DNA from: an uncultured Gemmatimonadaceae bacterium
GTDB lineage: Bacteria > Gemmatimonadota > Gemmatimonadetes > Gemmatimonadales > Gemmatimonadaceae
Assembly (NCBI GenBank): GCA_963829055.1
Contig: CAWHHI010000020.1
Span: forward strand, 96,001-160,000
Length of the DNA stretch: 64,000 bases
Direction of reading: 5' to 3'
Shown here: positions 53,656 through 64,000 of the stretch, piece after piece
How positions within the stretch are numbered: position 1 is the stretch's first letter
Layout of the letters: every line of letters starts with the position of its first letter
Program-made: the position numbers and the translations under genes
The notes under the pieces: generated by a model
Databases searched by the model: none
The model's input: the letters and a program-made list of their open reading frames with translations, nothing else
What the model was told of the DNA's origin: nothing

Positions 53656-54624
53656 CTACCGAACGCGTGTCGCGTGGAAGCCGTGCGTCACGCCGCCGAC
53701 CACGTACGTGCCAACCACATCGCCGCGCGCATTGACGCCGAACGCGCGCGTGGCGGTCGCACCCGGGAAGTCGATCGGCGTGAAACCGGCATCGGTGCGA
53801 ACGAAGCCGTGGAACGCGAGCGCCGCGTCGCGGAACACGCCGACAATGTCACCACGCGGGTTCACATCCCAGGCGCTCGTGGAGACGCTTCCCGGGACGA
53901 TGAACATCGTCGTCTCGCCGCTCGCCAGATCGATCACGTAGGACTCGGTCCGATTCGGCGTCACCATCATGTTGGTGTACAAGCCGACGATCAGACGCCC
54001 GCTGGGCGAGGCGCCGTTGTTCATCGACGCGAAGATATCCGTCGCCTCCGACGTCTCGTCGCCGCGGATCGTGATTCCACGCATGCTTCCCATCAGGTCG
54101 TGGTCGTGCCGGCAGCCAAGGATGGTGCCATCGGGAAGAATGCGTTGCGGGATCTCGTAGAGGTGACCCTCGTAGTGCACGCGGTGGAACGTGCCGTCAG
54201 GCGTCCGGCGGTAGCCGTGAAACGCTGCGGCCTCCTCGCTGACGTTCCAGTAGGTCCCGACGACGGTGCCATCGGGTCCGATGCCGCGGGTGTCGGTGTT
54301 GTCGGCGGTGGGAAAATCGATCGGCGTAATGATGCCGTTCTGGCGGATGAAGCCGTGCGTTCGGCCGCCAGCCGTGTACCCGCCGGAAATGTCGCCATTG
54401 GCATTGATGCCCTGCGGCGATGTAGAGGCGGCGCCCGGGACGTCGATCGTCTCGTACTCGAACGTCGGCGTCTGACGATCCATGCTCGGCGCTCATGGCA
54501 CGAGCGTCGAGGCTGGCCCGGGCGCGGTGGCATCGGCACATGCAGTTCCAATGAGGCAGACGACGGCGGCCGTGCCGATAGCGGCCCACCACTGCATCAC
54601 ACTCCATGACTGGTGACGCATCAT
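53656..54624 (-). CDS. Extracellular repeat (HAF-like beta-propeller) lipoprotein, frameshift near 54490
   Basis: Repeats IDFPGA..T...GIN..GDIVG.Y....HGF; lipobox GTAC. Confidence 0.75.
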
Positions 54625-55649
54625 CGAAGGGCTCCGGATGGAAGTTTTGTCGAGGGGTCCACCTGGAGACGCGAGAAAGCGGATGGAACGGGGCCAGCTC
54701 CCGGCGGACGGGGGGGCGCAGGGGCCGATCCGAGGATCACGTCGCGCGGCGGACATCGGTGCATCGAGTCGGGCGGGCCGGATCGCCCTCGCCGGCAGCG
54801 GGCCGACCGATGGCGATTGGATCAGTCACTGCTGCGGGCAAGAACGGCAGCGGCGGCTCCTGGCTGAAGCGCTGGCGCGGCGGCGACCGTGCGCGATTCG
54901 ACAAGCGTCAGGGAGACCCTGCCGATCGCGACTCAGCTCGAACATCGCGACGAGGCGAGCCGCGCTCGACCGCGTCGAGCCGAGGTCGACCGCGCGCGTC
55001 GTCGCGGACACAGCGAGGGGCATCACGCCACCCGCCTGGCGAGTGCGCGGCGATGATCGGGCGTGATCTGATCTCGGCGCCGGCCGCAGCGTGCGCGAGA
55101 TCTCGAGGTGCAGCTCGAGCGACGCGGGCGCAGATGACACCGAGCAGGTGAGGCGATGGTGCGTCCGGCCGCGCTGCGCGCGTCGTCGCGCGCGTCGATC
55201 CGAAGTCGTGTCGCGCGCCGCAGATCGCGCGATGCTGACGCTGATGTCGCCGCGGTCGCCCGAATCGGTCGCGAGCGGCGTCGTCGAGCCGGCCGCGCGG
55301 CGCGAATCGCGCCAGTGCTGGTACTGCAGGGAGAGACGTCCAGGTCGACCGCGGAGGACGCGGAGCGTGGGCCGGCGCCGATCGGGCAAGCCGTCGACTA
55401 CAGTGAGCCCGTGGCCGATCACGTCTAAGACGAGCCGCGGTCGCTCGAAGAGTCGAGCAAGCAACTGCCCGACGGCGTACAACGCGCCCGACCGGACTCG
55501 AGAGACGTGGTCGAGACGCTGGCGCAGTGGATCCGCGCCACTGAGCCAACGCCACGCGAATCAGCAGCGTGGACACCCCGAATCGAACGCGCCGAGTCGG
55601 CGCCGCCGGAGTCGCGTTAGGCTCCCGTAGAGCCCGGGCGGCGCGCGCG

Positions 55650-56481
55650 CGCCAGCGCCGCCCGACGTCGGCAGCAGCGACGCATCCATGCGCGACGACC
55701 ATGCGTCGCCCGGCCGCACGCCGACGATCACCTCCCATACGGGTCGAGGATCATCGCGTTCCCGGTGCGAATCTCGTCGTCGTCAGCCCGATGCCGTTGC
55801 TGAACACCAGGAACATCCCGTTGTCGTGCGCGCGGCTCGGAAGCCAGCGCATGAGCCACGCACGCCCTTGATCCGCAGAGTCCGCACGAATCGCGGCGGA
55901 TCTCGCGTCGACGCTCCCAGATCGCGGGGTCCACGGCTTCATCGCGCGCGGACTGACCGAGTTGCACCCGCCCGTCTGATGCGGAGCGAGCAGAATCTCG
56001 GCGCCGAGCAGCGCGGTGGCACGCGCGTTTCGACAATGTTGTTGTCGTAGCAAATGAGCGCACCGACGCGGCAACCGGCGGGTCGAAGACGGATATCGGC
56101 ACCTCGGAGAGAAACGGGCCACGAACACGTGCAGCTCCGGGAACCGCAAGCGTGCCGTCGGGCATCGCCACGACGTGGCGTTGAGAAGCGGCATCATCGG
56201 CGCGCTCGATCAGCCCGGCCGACCGTCACGCCGTGCTCGCGCGACAGGCGCAGGAGCTCCTCGGTGCACGGTCCATTGGCACAGGCTCGGCGAGCGCCTC
56301 GAACGCCTCGCGTGACAGTTTGCGCACGTGCCAGTACCCGGTGAGGCACATCTCCGGGAACGCAATGATCTCGACGCCTTGCGGGCAGCGTCCGCAACGA
56401 AATGCCGGACGCGCCGAGATTGTACGCCTTGTCGCCCGGCGCGTGCTGGAACTGAACGGCGGCTACCCGAATGTCGCGCAT
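55650..56481 (-). pseudogene. Nitrilase / carbon-nitrogen hydrolase, heavily frameshifted
   Basis: MRDIRVAAVQFQH.PGDKAYNL, FPEMCLTGYW, EILLAPHQTGGC, RAHDNGMFLVFSNG, GNAMILDPYGR; 3' end approximate. Confidence 0.8.
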
Positions 56482-56561
56482 GGGCCAACGCTAACGGATC
56501 GGCTGATGCGAACGCCAGTCGAATCAATGGAAAAAAAAGAAGAAAGGGGCCGATGCATCGT

Positions 56562-59215
56562 CTAGCGTCAACCGCTCGCTGCGTGGGATTCACGTGCGCG
56601 GCTCGCAACGCCGGGATCACCGGGCAGCGACCGCCGGCACCACCAACACCAGCGGCACCACCATGAACGTCGCGGGATCGCGCGGATCCACCGATACAGC
56701 AGCGACGCAGCGCGCGGCTCAAGCCCAGGCGCCGGCGAGACCGATCGCAACACCAGTGAAACGGCGACAACCATCTCGCGCGACACGAGCGTCAACAGGT
56801 CACGGCCCGTTGCCCGAGTGCCGCGCGATGCGAACTCACGAGTGCGCTGTGCGACGCCGTACGCCACCACGGCGTACACGCCGAGGCCGAGAGCACCAAC
56901 GCCAGGCCCGCGAAAAGCGCGATCAGCATCGTGTTCGTTCGGCGCGGGAGCATCGACGCACCGATCACCTGCTCCGTCATCCGAACGTTGTACACCGCTT
57001 GCGTCGGCGCGACGCGGCAGCATCGCGTCCGTCAATCGGGCCGAGAGCGCGGCGGGCGGCAGCACGCCGCGAACGACGATCGCGGCATTGGGCGGAGCGA
57101 CGTCGATCGGTCGATACATCTGCGGAGCGGGATCCTTGTCCAACGCGGACTCGCGAACGTCCGCACCACTCCGACGACTGTGATGCGCGTCGTGTCGCGC
57201 AGCGTGAAGTACCGTCCAACGGATCGACGCCGGGCCAGTACTGCTCTGCCATCGCGTTGCTGATGACCGCCACTTGCGGGCCGGTCGCATCGCTCGCCGT
57301 GAACGTCCGGCCACGAAGCATCGCAATGCCCATCGTCAGGAAATAGCCGCGGCTCGCGAAGAGGAAGCGAGCCATGCGATACTCACCCTGCTTCAGCGGC
57401 GGCGCGCCCGGCACATCGACCGTCACCGAATGCCTCCGCCGCCTCGCAACGGCAGGTCGTTCACCGCACCCGCCGCCACGATTCCGGGCTGGCCGGAGAG
57501 CCGATCGATCACGCCGTTGATGATGCGACGCCGCTCGACGTCGGAAGTATTCCGTGGGAAGCTCGTCTCCAGCGTCGCGACGTTTTCCGGGTTCATGCCC
57601 GTGTTTTCGGCATGAGCCGCTCGAAGCTGCGAAGCATCAGGCCCGCCGCGACGAGCAGCATCGCGGTCAGCCCAACCTCGACGACCACCAGCGCGCGTCG
57701 CACGTTGCCGACGCCCGCCGTCGCGCCATGTCCCCCGCCGCGACTTGATGGCCATGGTCGCGTCGCCGCGCGTCGCGCCAATTGCAGGCCACAGGCCGAA
57801 CACGATCGTCGTCGCGATTGCCAGCGCGGCGGCGAAGGCGAGCACGCGGACATCGAGCTCCGCGGGCGCCACCCCCGCGAGGGTCGGCGGCATCATGGCG
57901 CGAAGCATCGTCAGCGCGGCAGGCGAGAGCAGGATGCCGACGATACCGCCGGCGAGCGCCAGCAGCATGCTCTCGGCGAGGAGCTGACGGATGATGCGTG
58001 GACGGGTGGCTCCGAGCACCTCGCGCACCGCGATCTCCCGCCGCCTAACGGCTGCATCGGAGAGCAGGAGGTTCGCGACGTTCGCACACGCGATCATCAA
58101 CAGCAATGCCGTGGCGCCGAAGAGGGTGAGCAGCGCGGAGCGGCGATCGCCGAGCAATTGGCGACGCAGCGGGATGGCGGCCCCGGCGTGGCGCAACTCA
58201 TCGATAAATTCATTCAGGCGGACGCGATCGTCGCCGCTCGCCGGCTCCGCGACCTGCGCCCACCGCGCGATCACTTGCGCTGCGACTGCCTCGATCGCGA
58301 CACCCGGTCGCATCCTGGCGATCACGTGCGACGGCAAGAAACCGCGGAACGGCTCGAACGTCGCGAACGTGGTGGGCACCGTCATCGGGATCCAGAGATC
58401 GCTCTCGTCCGGAAAGTTGAATCCCGGTGGCATGACGCCGACGACGGGGTATGACTTGCCGTGGAGCGTGATGCTCTTCCCCAGCATCGGGCGATGCGCC
58501 GTATCGACGCTGCCACAGCGCCTGGGAGAGGATCACCGCCAGCGGGCCGTTAGGCAAGCCCTCCTCGGCCGCGAAGGTTCGACCGCTGAGCGGAGTCACG
58601 CCGAGCGGCGAGAAGAACGTCGTCGTGACAACGCGTCCGTTACTGGCTCCGGTCGATCCGGATACGACAGATTGAGCCCGCCGGATGCATAGGCGGCCGT
58701 GCTCGAGAACACATCTGTCATGAGGGCGACGTCGGAGAGGTCGAGTGTCCGACCCTGATTCCGCTCGCCGCGCTCGAGATCGAAGGGGACGCTCACCTGA
58801 GTGAGCGTCACGAGCTCGATGGTCACGCGGGAACGGAAGCGATCGCAGCATCGCCGCATCCACCGCGCTGAACACGGCCGTCGTCGCGCCGATGCCGAGC
58901 GCGAGGATCCCGATCACTGGTGCACTGAAGCCAGGCCGAGCTCGCAGGCGTCTCGCGGCGAACCGTACGTCCTCGACGGTTCGATCGAGGGTGGCGAGCC
59001 CCCACATGTCGAGACTGCGCTCCCCAATGTTGGTGACGTTCCCGAATCGCCGTCGCGCCTCGGCGCTCGCTTGCTCGGCGCTCATTCCCGCGCCGTGCAG
59101 CGACTCCGCTCGTAACTCGGTATGGAGACGCATCTCCTCCTCGAGCTCGGACAGGTACTGCTCGCGCCGGATGACGTACCAGAGTCGGCGGAGCAATTCA
59201 GCGGATGCTCGTCAT
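56562..59215 (-). CDS. Duplicated FtsX/MacB orphan ABC permease (ADOP-like), many frameshifts
   Basis: ELEEEMRLH, EARRRFGN, EDVRFAARRL, LLMIACANVANLLL. Confidence 0.88.
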
Positions 59216-59544
59216 TCCGGTGCGGGCTGAAGAATCTGCGCGATCGCGAAGGACACGCGCCGGTACGATTCCTTCTCGCGCGCGAGCTGCTTGCGCCCCG
59301 TTGCCGTTAGGCGGTAGTAGCGTGCCCGGCGGTTGTCGCGCGTCTTCCCCCACTGGCCCGACAGCCGGCCCTTGATCAGCATTCGCTGCAGCGCCGGGTA
59401 GAGCGAGCCCTCTTCCACCTGGAGGACGCCGGCCGACGCACGCTGAATGGCGTCCGCGATCTCGAAGCCGTGAAGCTCCTCGAGACGAGCGAGCGTCTGA
59501 AGGATCAGCATGTCCAGCGTGCCCGGCGGTATCGGATCGCTCAT
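59212..59544 (-). CDS. PadR-family transcriptional regulator
   Basis: GTLDMLIL, LHGFEI, EEGSLYPALQRM, NRRARYYRLT. Confidence 0.95.
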   Translation of the reverse strand: MSDPIPPGTLDMLILQTLARLEELHGFEIADAIQRASAGVLQVEEGSLYPALQRMLIKGRLSGQWGKTRDNRRARYYRLTATGRKQLAREKESYRRVSFAIAQILQPAPE

Positions 59545-59555
59545 GACGAGGGACG

Positions 59556-59576
59556 TGACATAGATAGTCTATGTCA
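59556..59576. promoter_or_regulatory. Palindromic operator upstream of padR
   Basis: TGACATAGA-TAG-TCTATGTCA, perfect 9-bp arms, 11 nt before the start codon. Confidence 0.75.
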
Positions 59577-59628
59577 GATCCGGCCGCCGCGTCAAGTGTG
59601 ATCTACGATTGGAATTCCCATCCCGTCG

Positions 59629-60117
59629 TTAGGCCGCGCGCGCCCGAAACCAACCACCCAGCACCGCGCTCGGGACCATCAGCGTCAACGCTGCCGCCTG
59701 GGACCAGACCGCGCCGTGACCGAGCGTCGAGGCAAGCGACGCGGCCGCGCCGGCGGCGAGCAGCGTGGCCATCGCTAGCGCGTGGGCCAACGGTCGACGC
59801 CAGCCAGCCAACCCGCACGAGCCGCCGATCGCGGCAAAGGCGACGCAGACGCGATCGCGAGGAGCATGAACGGAACCGGCGCCGGCGCGTGCGCTGCGTG
59901 GCCGGACATGCGCAATACGCGAGTGCCAATGCGCGAACACGACATAGCACGAGACCGCACGACGGATCGAAGGATCGCGATCATGAGAGGGACGAGCGCA
60001 GCGTCGCCGCACCGGGGGAACGCGACACGAAAACGCAGTGCCCAACACATCACCGTGCGATGATCCTGCGCGGGCGCTATCGCCGCGGCGAGTCAGTGTT
60101 GGTGCCGCATAGCGCCA
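59629..60117 (-). CDS. Hypothetical membrane protein, frameshifted
   Basis: Hydrophobic segments split over three frames; start uncertain. Confidence 0.4.
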   Translation of the reverse strand, partial: WRYAAPTLTRRGDSARAGSSHGDVLGTAFSCRVPPVRRRCARPSHDRDPSIRRAVSCYVVFAHWHSRIAHVRPRSARAGAGSVHAPRDRVCVAFAAIGGSCGLAGWRRPLAHALAMATLLAAGAAASLASTLGHGAVWSQAAALTLMVPSAVLGGWFRARAA

Positions 60118-60118
60118 T

Positions 60119-60619
60119 TCACGCCAGCATGGAGACGACCGCGGCACACAGGGCGCTTCCCGCCAGGACGATAGGGATGCCGATCAGGAACCCGCGGAAG
60201 TGAAACCAGTGATTCCCGTAGCCGGCCATCCCTTCAGTGCCCGGAAGCACGGCGAAACGCGGCTGCCAGTGGACCAGCCCCAAATCGAGCACCAACCAGT
60301 CGAGAAGATTGAAGGTCCCGAACATGATGGCGAAGTGCACAAATGCCGCCGCAAAGGTCACGTCGCGCGCAACGACGGCTGGGAACGACTCGAACGACCA
60401 CGCCACGACACCGAGGATCACCGCGAGGAAAGCCACCGCGACGAACACGCGCTGGCGCTTGGTGCGCTCACTCATTGGTCCCCATCTGGCGCGGATATCA
60501 GGTGGGTAGTCGTTGAGCATGATTTCAGGGTTCGCTCGCAGCACCACGAGCAGCAGCCCAAAGAGAACGGCGCTCAGCACCAAGCCGAATTCGAGCGCGT
60601 GCGTGACGATCGGCCGCAT
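60119..60619 (-). CDS. Four-TM membrane protein
   Basis: DYPPDI, FNLLDWLVLD, LPGTEG..GY..HWFH motifs. Confidence 0.75.
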   Translation of the reverse strand: MRPIVTHALEFGLVLSAVLFGLLLVVLRANPEIMLNDYPPDIRARWGPMSERTKRQRVFVAVAFLAVILGVVAWSFESFPAVVARDVTFAAAFVHFAIMFGTFNLLDWLVLDLGLVHWQPRFAVLPGTEGMAGYGNHWFHFRGFLIGIPIVLAGSALCAAVVSMLA

Positions 60620-60689
60620 GAGATCGATCCTTTTTACATGATCTTTTAACGTCCAAACGTGGAGGATGGTGTTGACGCAATCCGCTTCG

Positions 60690-60720
60690 CAGCGCCGTCA
60701 GCTACAACTCCTCGTTAGGG
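60690..60720 (-). mobile_element. attC half-site (R''/L'')
   Basis: Minus strand CCCTAAC-gagga-GTTGTAGCTGACGGC. Confidence 0.6.
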
Positions 60721-60772
60721 CGCCAGAGCGCGGATGCTCCAGAAGCGCCGCGGGCTTCGAGAGCGTTTGACG

Positions 60773-61994
60773 TCATCCGTGCAGCTCGAGCGCAGCCGCG
60801 AAACACGCGTGAGGTGCCACGACCTGACGAGCACGCATGTCAGTCAGCGCACGGTCAATGACCTGTTGAATGAATTCGCGCTTTGGTGCGAACGCGGACT
60901 TCGGATCCGACACCTTCTGGACAATACGAAGTCGTCCGCCGTCAGCGCTGACGATGTCGACTCGGGTGGCAATGGTGGTCAGCATCATCATCGCAAACGA
61001 CTCCGTCCAATCGTCCTCCGGTCGCCACGTGGAGAACACAGTGGTGAAGCTCGAGGGGCCGAGCTGCTCGAGAAACGTCGAGATTCCCTCGCGGGGCGCA
61101 GGCTGCCAGTTCGCGATCTCATGGACGCCGGCATCCCACACCGTTCCCTGCTTTTCCATAGCCGTGCGCATCGCCACGCGCGCACTGACATTGCCGTCAA
61201 AATCGAGCGTGCGCACCACCTGTACACCAGGTTCCCGGGCGACCGCGCCGTGCCAGCCAGTCGAGTCGCTGTATCCAGGTGAGATCCAGCTCAGGAATCC
61301 GAATTCCCCGGGCTCGAACGCTTTGTTCGATGGCTGCCGTCGCACCACGGCCGCGGTAGTCGTAAGCCAGGACATGTGCGACTTCGTGCGCGAGGAGATG
61401 AAACAGCACGTCGCTCGAGCTCTGGAGATCGGATTCTACCCGAGGCAGCGTTGGGTCATTGCCCGGTCGGTCGATGGATGCGCCGGTCCACCAATGTTGT
61501 GTCCAGCCGCTGGCCCAATCGATGTAGCCCACCTTCCTCTCGAGCAGCCCTCGCCGGACGCCGATGGTTCGGTACTCGCGCTGTGTTTGGGGATCGGTGG
61601 TGATCCTGAAATCCGCGTTCCAGATGAGCTGGTCGTCGAGATAGATCCGGTCGAGCGAGCAGAGGTAGGCTTTCACAATGGGCGGGGCGGCGCGGTAGAC
61701 GTCGAACAACGGCTGGACATACGTCGGGCGATCCACCCGCGATTCGCACGTGTCAGCCGGACTGTACGTTCGAGCGCCGATCGTGAGGCAGATCTTTCGT
61801 TCCAAAACATCCAACGCTCTCAGCGTGTCGGTATTCTGCGCGGTGCTCGGAGCGCGTGAGACGGCGCATGAGGATGCGGAGATCATCCAGGCCAAGGACA
61901 GGCTGGTAGCCCGAACGTATCCGGCCACTCGTCGAAGCCCGACGTGGTTGCAATGACGCGATGGTTCCAGTGACGCGTTCATGGATCCGCTCAA
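60773..61994 (-). CDS. Hypothetical lipoprotein with HExxH zincin-like motif (two ORFs joined by a frameshift near 61360), cassette-borne
   Basis: ASSC lipobox-like; LAHEVAHVL; downstream EDDWTESF; flanked by complementary attC cores. Confidence 0.55.
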
Positions 61995-62017
61995 TTCGGA
62001 ACACTTCTCAGTAGTCG

Positions 62018-62046
62018 CCCTAACGCATGAAGTTCACCTGCACGCG
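62018..62046 (-). mobile_element. attC half-site (L'/R')
   Basis: Minus strand TGCAGGTGAAC-ttcatgc-GTTAGGG, nearly identical to the R' half of 23424-23513. Confidence 0.65.
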
Positions 62047-64000
62047 TGGCTTTCCTGGTCCCCAAAGTCGCCGATGGCTTCGCTCGGCAAGACGACTCGA
62101 AACGTGGTTCCTTCGACTGCGGTTGATCGAACCTCGATCTGCCCTCCGTGCCGGCGGATCACTTCATTTGAGATGTAGAGACCCAGGCCGAGACCCGCCG
62201 GGCTCCGACTCGAACGCTCGCCCATGCGGAACGGGTTGAAGAGCGCGGACTGAAGTTCTTGCGGAATGGGTGGGCCTTCGTTGTGCACCTGGACCCACAC
62301 ACGGAAGTCCTCGGCGCCCGCGGTCACCGTGACCGGCTTGTCCGGATCGCCGTGGGCGAGCGCATTCCCTATGAGGTTCGAAAACACCTGCTCGAGGCGG
62401 TCGCGATCCCAGGCGCCGCGCAGCTTAGGACACTGCAGCTGAATCGTCGCGGCCGGACGGGCCATTCGCAACTCGTCCACGATCGGTACGAGCGCTTCGC
62501 GCAGATCCATCGGCGCGAAGACGAGCTCCAGGCCACCCCCGAGACGACTGCGGGTGAAATCGAGGATCTGTTCGATCATGCGGGACATGCGACGCGAGCT
62601 GGCCTGCAGACTCGTTAGGTCTTCGAGGAATTCGGGATTCTTGCTCTCCCTGCGCAGCACTGCGAGGCGTACCTCGATCGAAGCCAGCGGTTGACGCAGG
62701 TCGTGCCCCACGATGGCGATGAGCCGTTCCCGAAGCTCCGACGCGTCTTCGGCGCGTTCTCTCTCCTTCTTGGCCGTATGGAAGAGCTCCGCGTTATGCA
62801 TCGCTGTGGATGCGCGCCGTGCCAACTCTTCCGCAAAGACCAGGTCATGCTCGTTGTAGCCTCTCGTCTCGGTCGTCGCGAAGACGATCACGGCGAAGGG
62901 ACTCCCCGCGATTGTGATCGGAACGTGGATCGTCGAGGAGATGGCAAATCTCAGAATCAGCAACGCCGACTCATCGTCCACGTCCTGTCCACGAAGCTCC
63001 TCTCGCGCCGTCTTGGAATGAAGCTCGGAGCGCCCCGTTCGCATCACGCGGCGGCTGGGAGCGGCCGCTCGATAGGCGCCGTTGACCTGGAGCTCGCGAA
63101 TGGCAGCGAGCATCTCCGGGTTGCCTGCGTGGAAGAAGCCGAGGCGAGGCTCGCCCTCAGAATCCCTCACATGGATCACCACGCTGTTCGCAAAGTTGGG
63201 GACGGCCATGCGAGTGATGGTGAACAGGATCTGGTCCGAATCGAGCGATTCCGCCAAGAGGCGGGAGGCATCGGCGAGAATTGCCATGCGCCGCTCAGCG
63301 TGTTTTTGCTCGGTGATGTCGCGCGTGACTTTGGCGAAACCACGTAGACGGCCCGACTTGTCGTGCAGCGCCGTCACAACCACGTACGCCCAGAAACGCG
63401 ACCCGTCCTTGCGCACACGCAGACCCTCGTCCGTCGCGACACCCTGCTCGGCCGCCCGTCGCAACATCCGGCTCGGCGCTCCAGCGATCACGTCCTCCGG
63501 AACATAGAAGCGGTCGAATGACTGGCCGATGATCTCGTCGGCACGATAGCCCTTGATACGCTCGGCACCCGCGTTCCACGTCATGACGTGTCCATCGAGG
63601 TCGAGAAAGAAGATCGCGTAGTCGCGCACTTCGGCGACCAGCAAGCGAAACTTCTCCTCGCTCTCGCGCAGCACTCGCTCTGCCTCGTGCCGTTCGGCCT
63701 CACGCTGCTCCTCGGCGAGGCGGCGTTCACTCAGATCTCGGGTAACTTTTGCGAACCCAACCAGCGCTCCCGATTCATTGCGGATCGCCGTAATAATGAC
63801 GCTCGCCCAGAACCGAGTACCATCTTTGCGGACTCGCCAGTTCTCTTCTTCATATCGTCCGTCGCGCAGAGCGGCTTCCAGCAGTTGCTTCGGATGCCCG
63901 GCCTTCCGGTCCTCTTCCGTATAGAACACCGAGAGGTCCTTGCCGATGATTTCTTCGCGCTTGTACCCCTTGAGTCGCTCCGCACCGCTATTCCATGTGG
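62034..64000 (-). CDS. PAS-PAS-GAF sensor histidine kinase (5' end outside window)
   Basis: WN.GAERIKGY, RVRKDG.RFWA, GHDLRQPL, NLIGNAL, GLGLGLYI. Confidence 0.95.
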   Translation of the reverse strand, partial: TWNSGAERLKGYKREEIIGKDLSVFYTEEDRKAGHPKQLLEAALRDGRYEEENWRVRKDGTRFWASVIITAIRNESGALVGFAKVTRDLSERRLAEEQREAERHEAERVLRESEEKFRLLVAEVRDYAIFFLDLDGHVMTWNAGAERIKGYRADEIIGQSFDRFYVPEDVIAGAPSRMLRRAAEQGVATDEGLRVRKDGSRFWAYVVVTALHDKSGRLRGFAKVTRDITEQKHAERRMAILADASRLLAESLDSDQILFTITRMAVPNFANSVVIHVRDSEGEPRLGFFHAGNPEMLAAIRELQVNGAYRAAAPSRRVMRTGRSELHSKTAREELRGQDVDDESALLILRFAISSTIHVPITIAGSPFAVIVFATTETRGYNEHDLVFAEELARRASTAMHNAELFHTAKKERERAEDASELRERLIAIVGHDLRQPLASIEVRLAVLRRESKNPEFLEDLTSLQASSRRMSRMIEQILDFTRSRLGGGLELVFAPMDLREALVPIVDELRMARPAATIQLQCPKLRGAWDRDRLEQVFSNLIGNALAHGDPDKPVTVTAGAEDFRVWVQVHNEGPPIPQELQSALFNPFRMGERSSRSPAGLGLGLYISNEVIRRHGGQIEVRSTAVEGTTFRVVLPSEAIGDFGDQESHACR

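Noticed and set aside
54826..55650. Possible bestrophin-like membrane gene
   Set aside because: Too fragmented to support any family call
56530..56562. A-rich tract with a small palindrome as a terminator
   Set aside because: Weak stem in an error-rich region; possible but not supportable
194..62619. CGTTAGG as a KOPS- or Chi-like polarised motif
   Set aside because: About 34 plus versus 28 minus copies shows no strong strand polarity in this window
1..64000. Numerous long overlapping or antisense ORFs in the six-frame track (e.g. 10987-12183, 15207-16262, 16891-17997, 29821-30837)
   Set aside because: Arg/Ala/Pro-rich shadow ORFs expected at high GC, lying opposite genes with clear family motifs
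1..64000. CRISPR array, tRNA, rRNA, transposase or integrase gene
   Set aside because: No regularly spaced repeats, cloverleaf, rRNA-like stretch or DDE/tyrosine-recombinase motifs recognised by eye

Overview
High-GC bacterial chromosomal segment (roughly two-thirds G+C by eye). The gene content suggests Gemmatimonadota, which is an inference: orphan duplicated FtsX/MacB permeases with PadR regulators, an Oar-like TonB receptor, a SARP/BTAD-TPR regulator and an STK-TPR plus ECF sigma pair. Many genes carry single-base frameshifts, most likely long-read consensus errors. Main observations: (1) a translationally coupled 9-gene minus-strand operon at 29.8-39.0 kb (KAS III-like enzyme, thioester-reductase SDR, carrier protein, SerRS-like amino acid:[carrier protein] ligase, two ferritin-like di-iron proteins, BtaA/DUF3419, GNAT, MMPL), a candidate undescribed lipo-amino-acid pathway; (2) about 60 copies of the heptamer CGTTAGG/CCTAACG, on both strands and in different reading frames inside genes, depleted in that operon; (3) scattered integron remnants without an integrase: attC sites, a hicBA cassette, an ORF-less cassette and two identically spaced attI-like modules; (4) a Trp-Trp-Trp leader-peptide attenuator upstream of a TrpRS II gene; (5) an SDR-OYE-AraC module flanked by a ~60-bp direct repeat. 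No rRNA, tRNA, CRISPR array or transposase was recognised.
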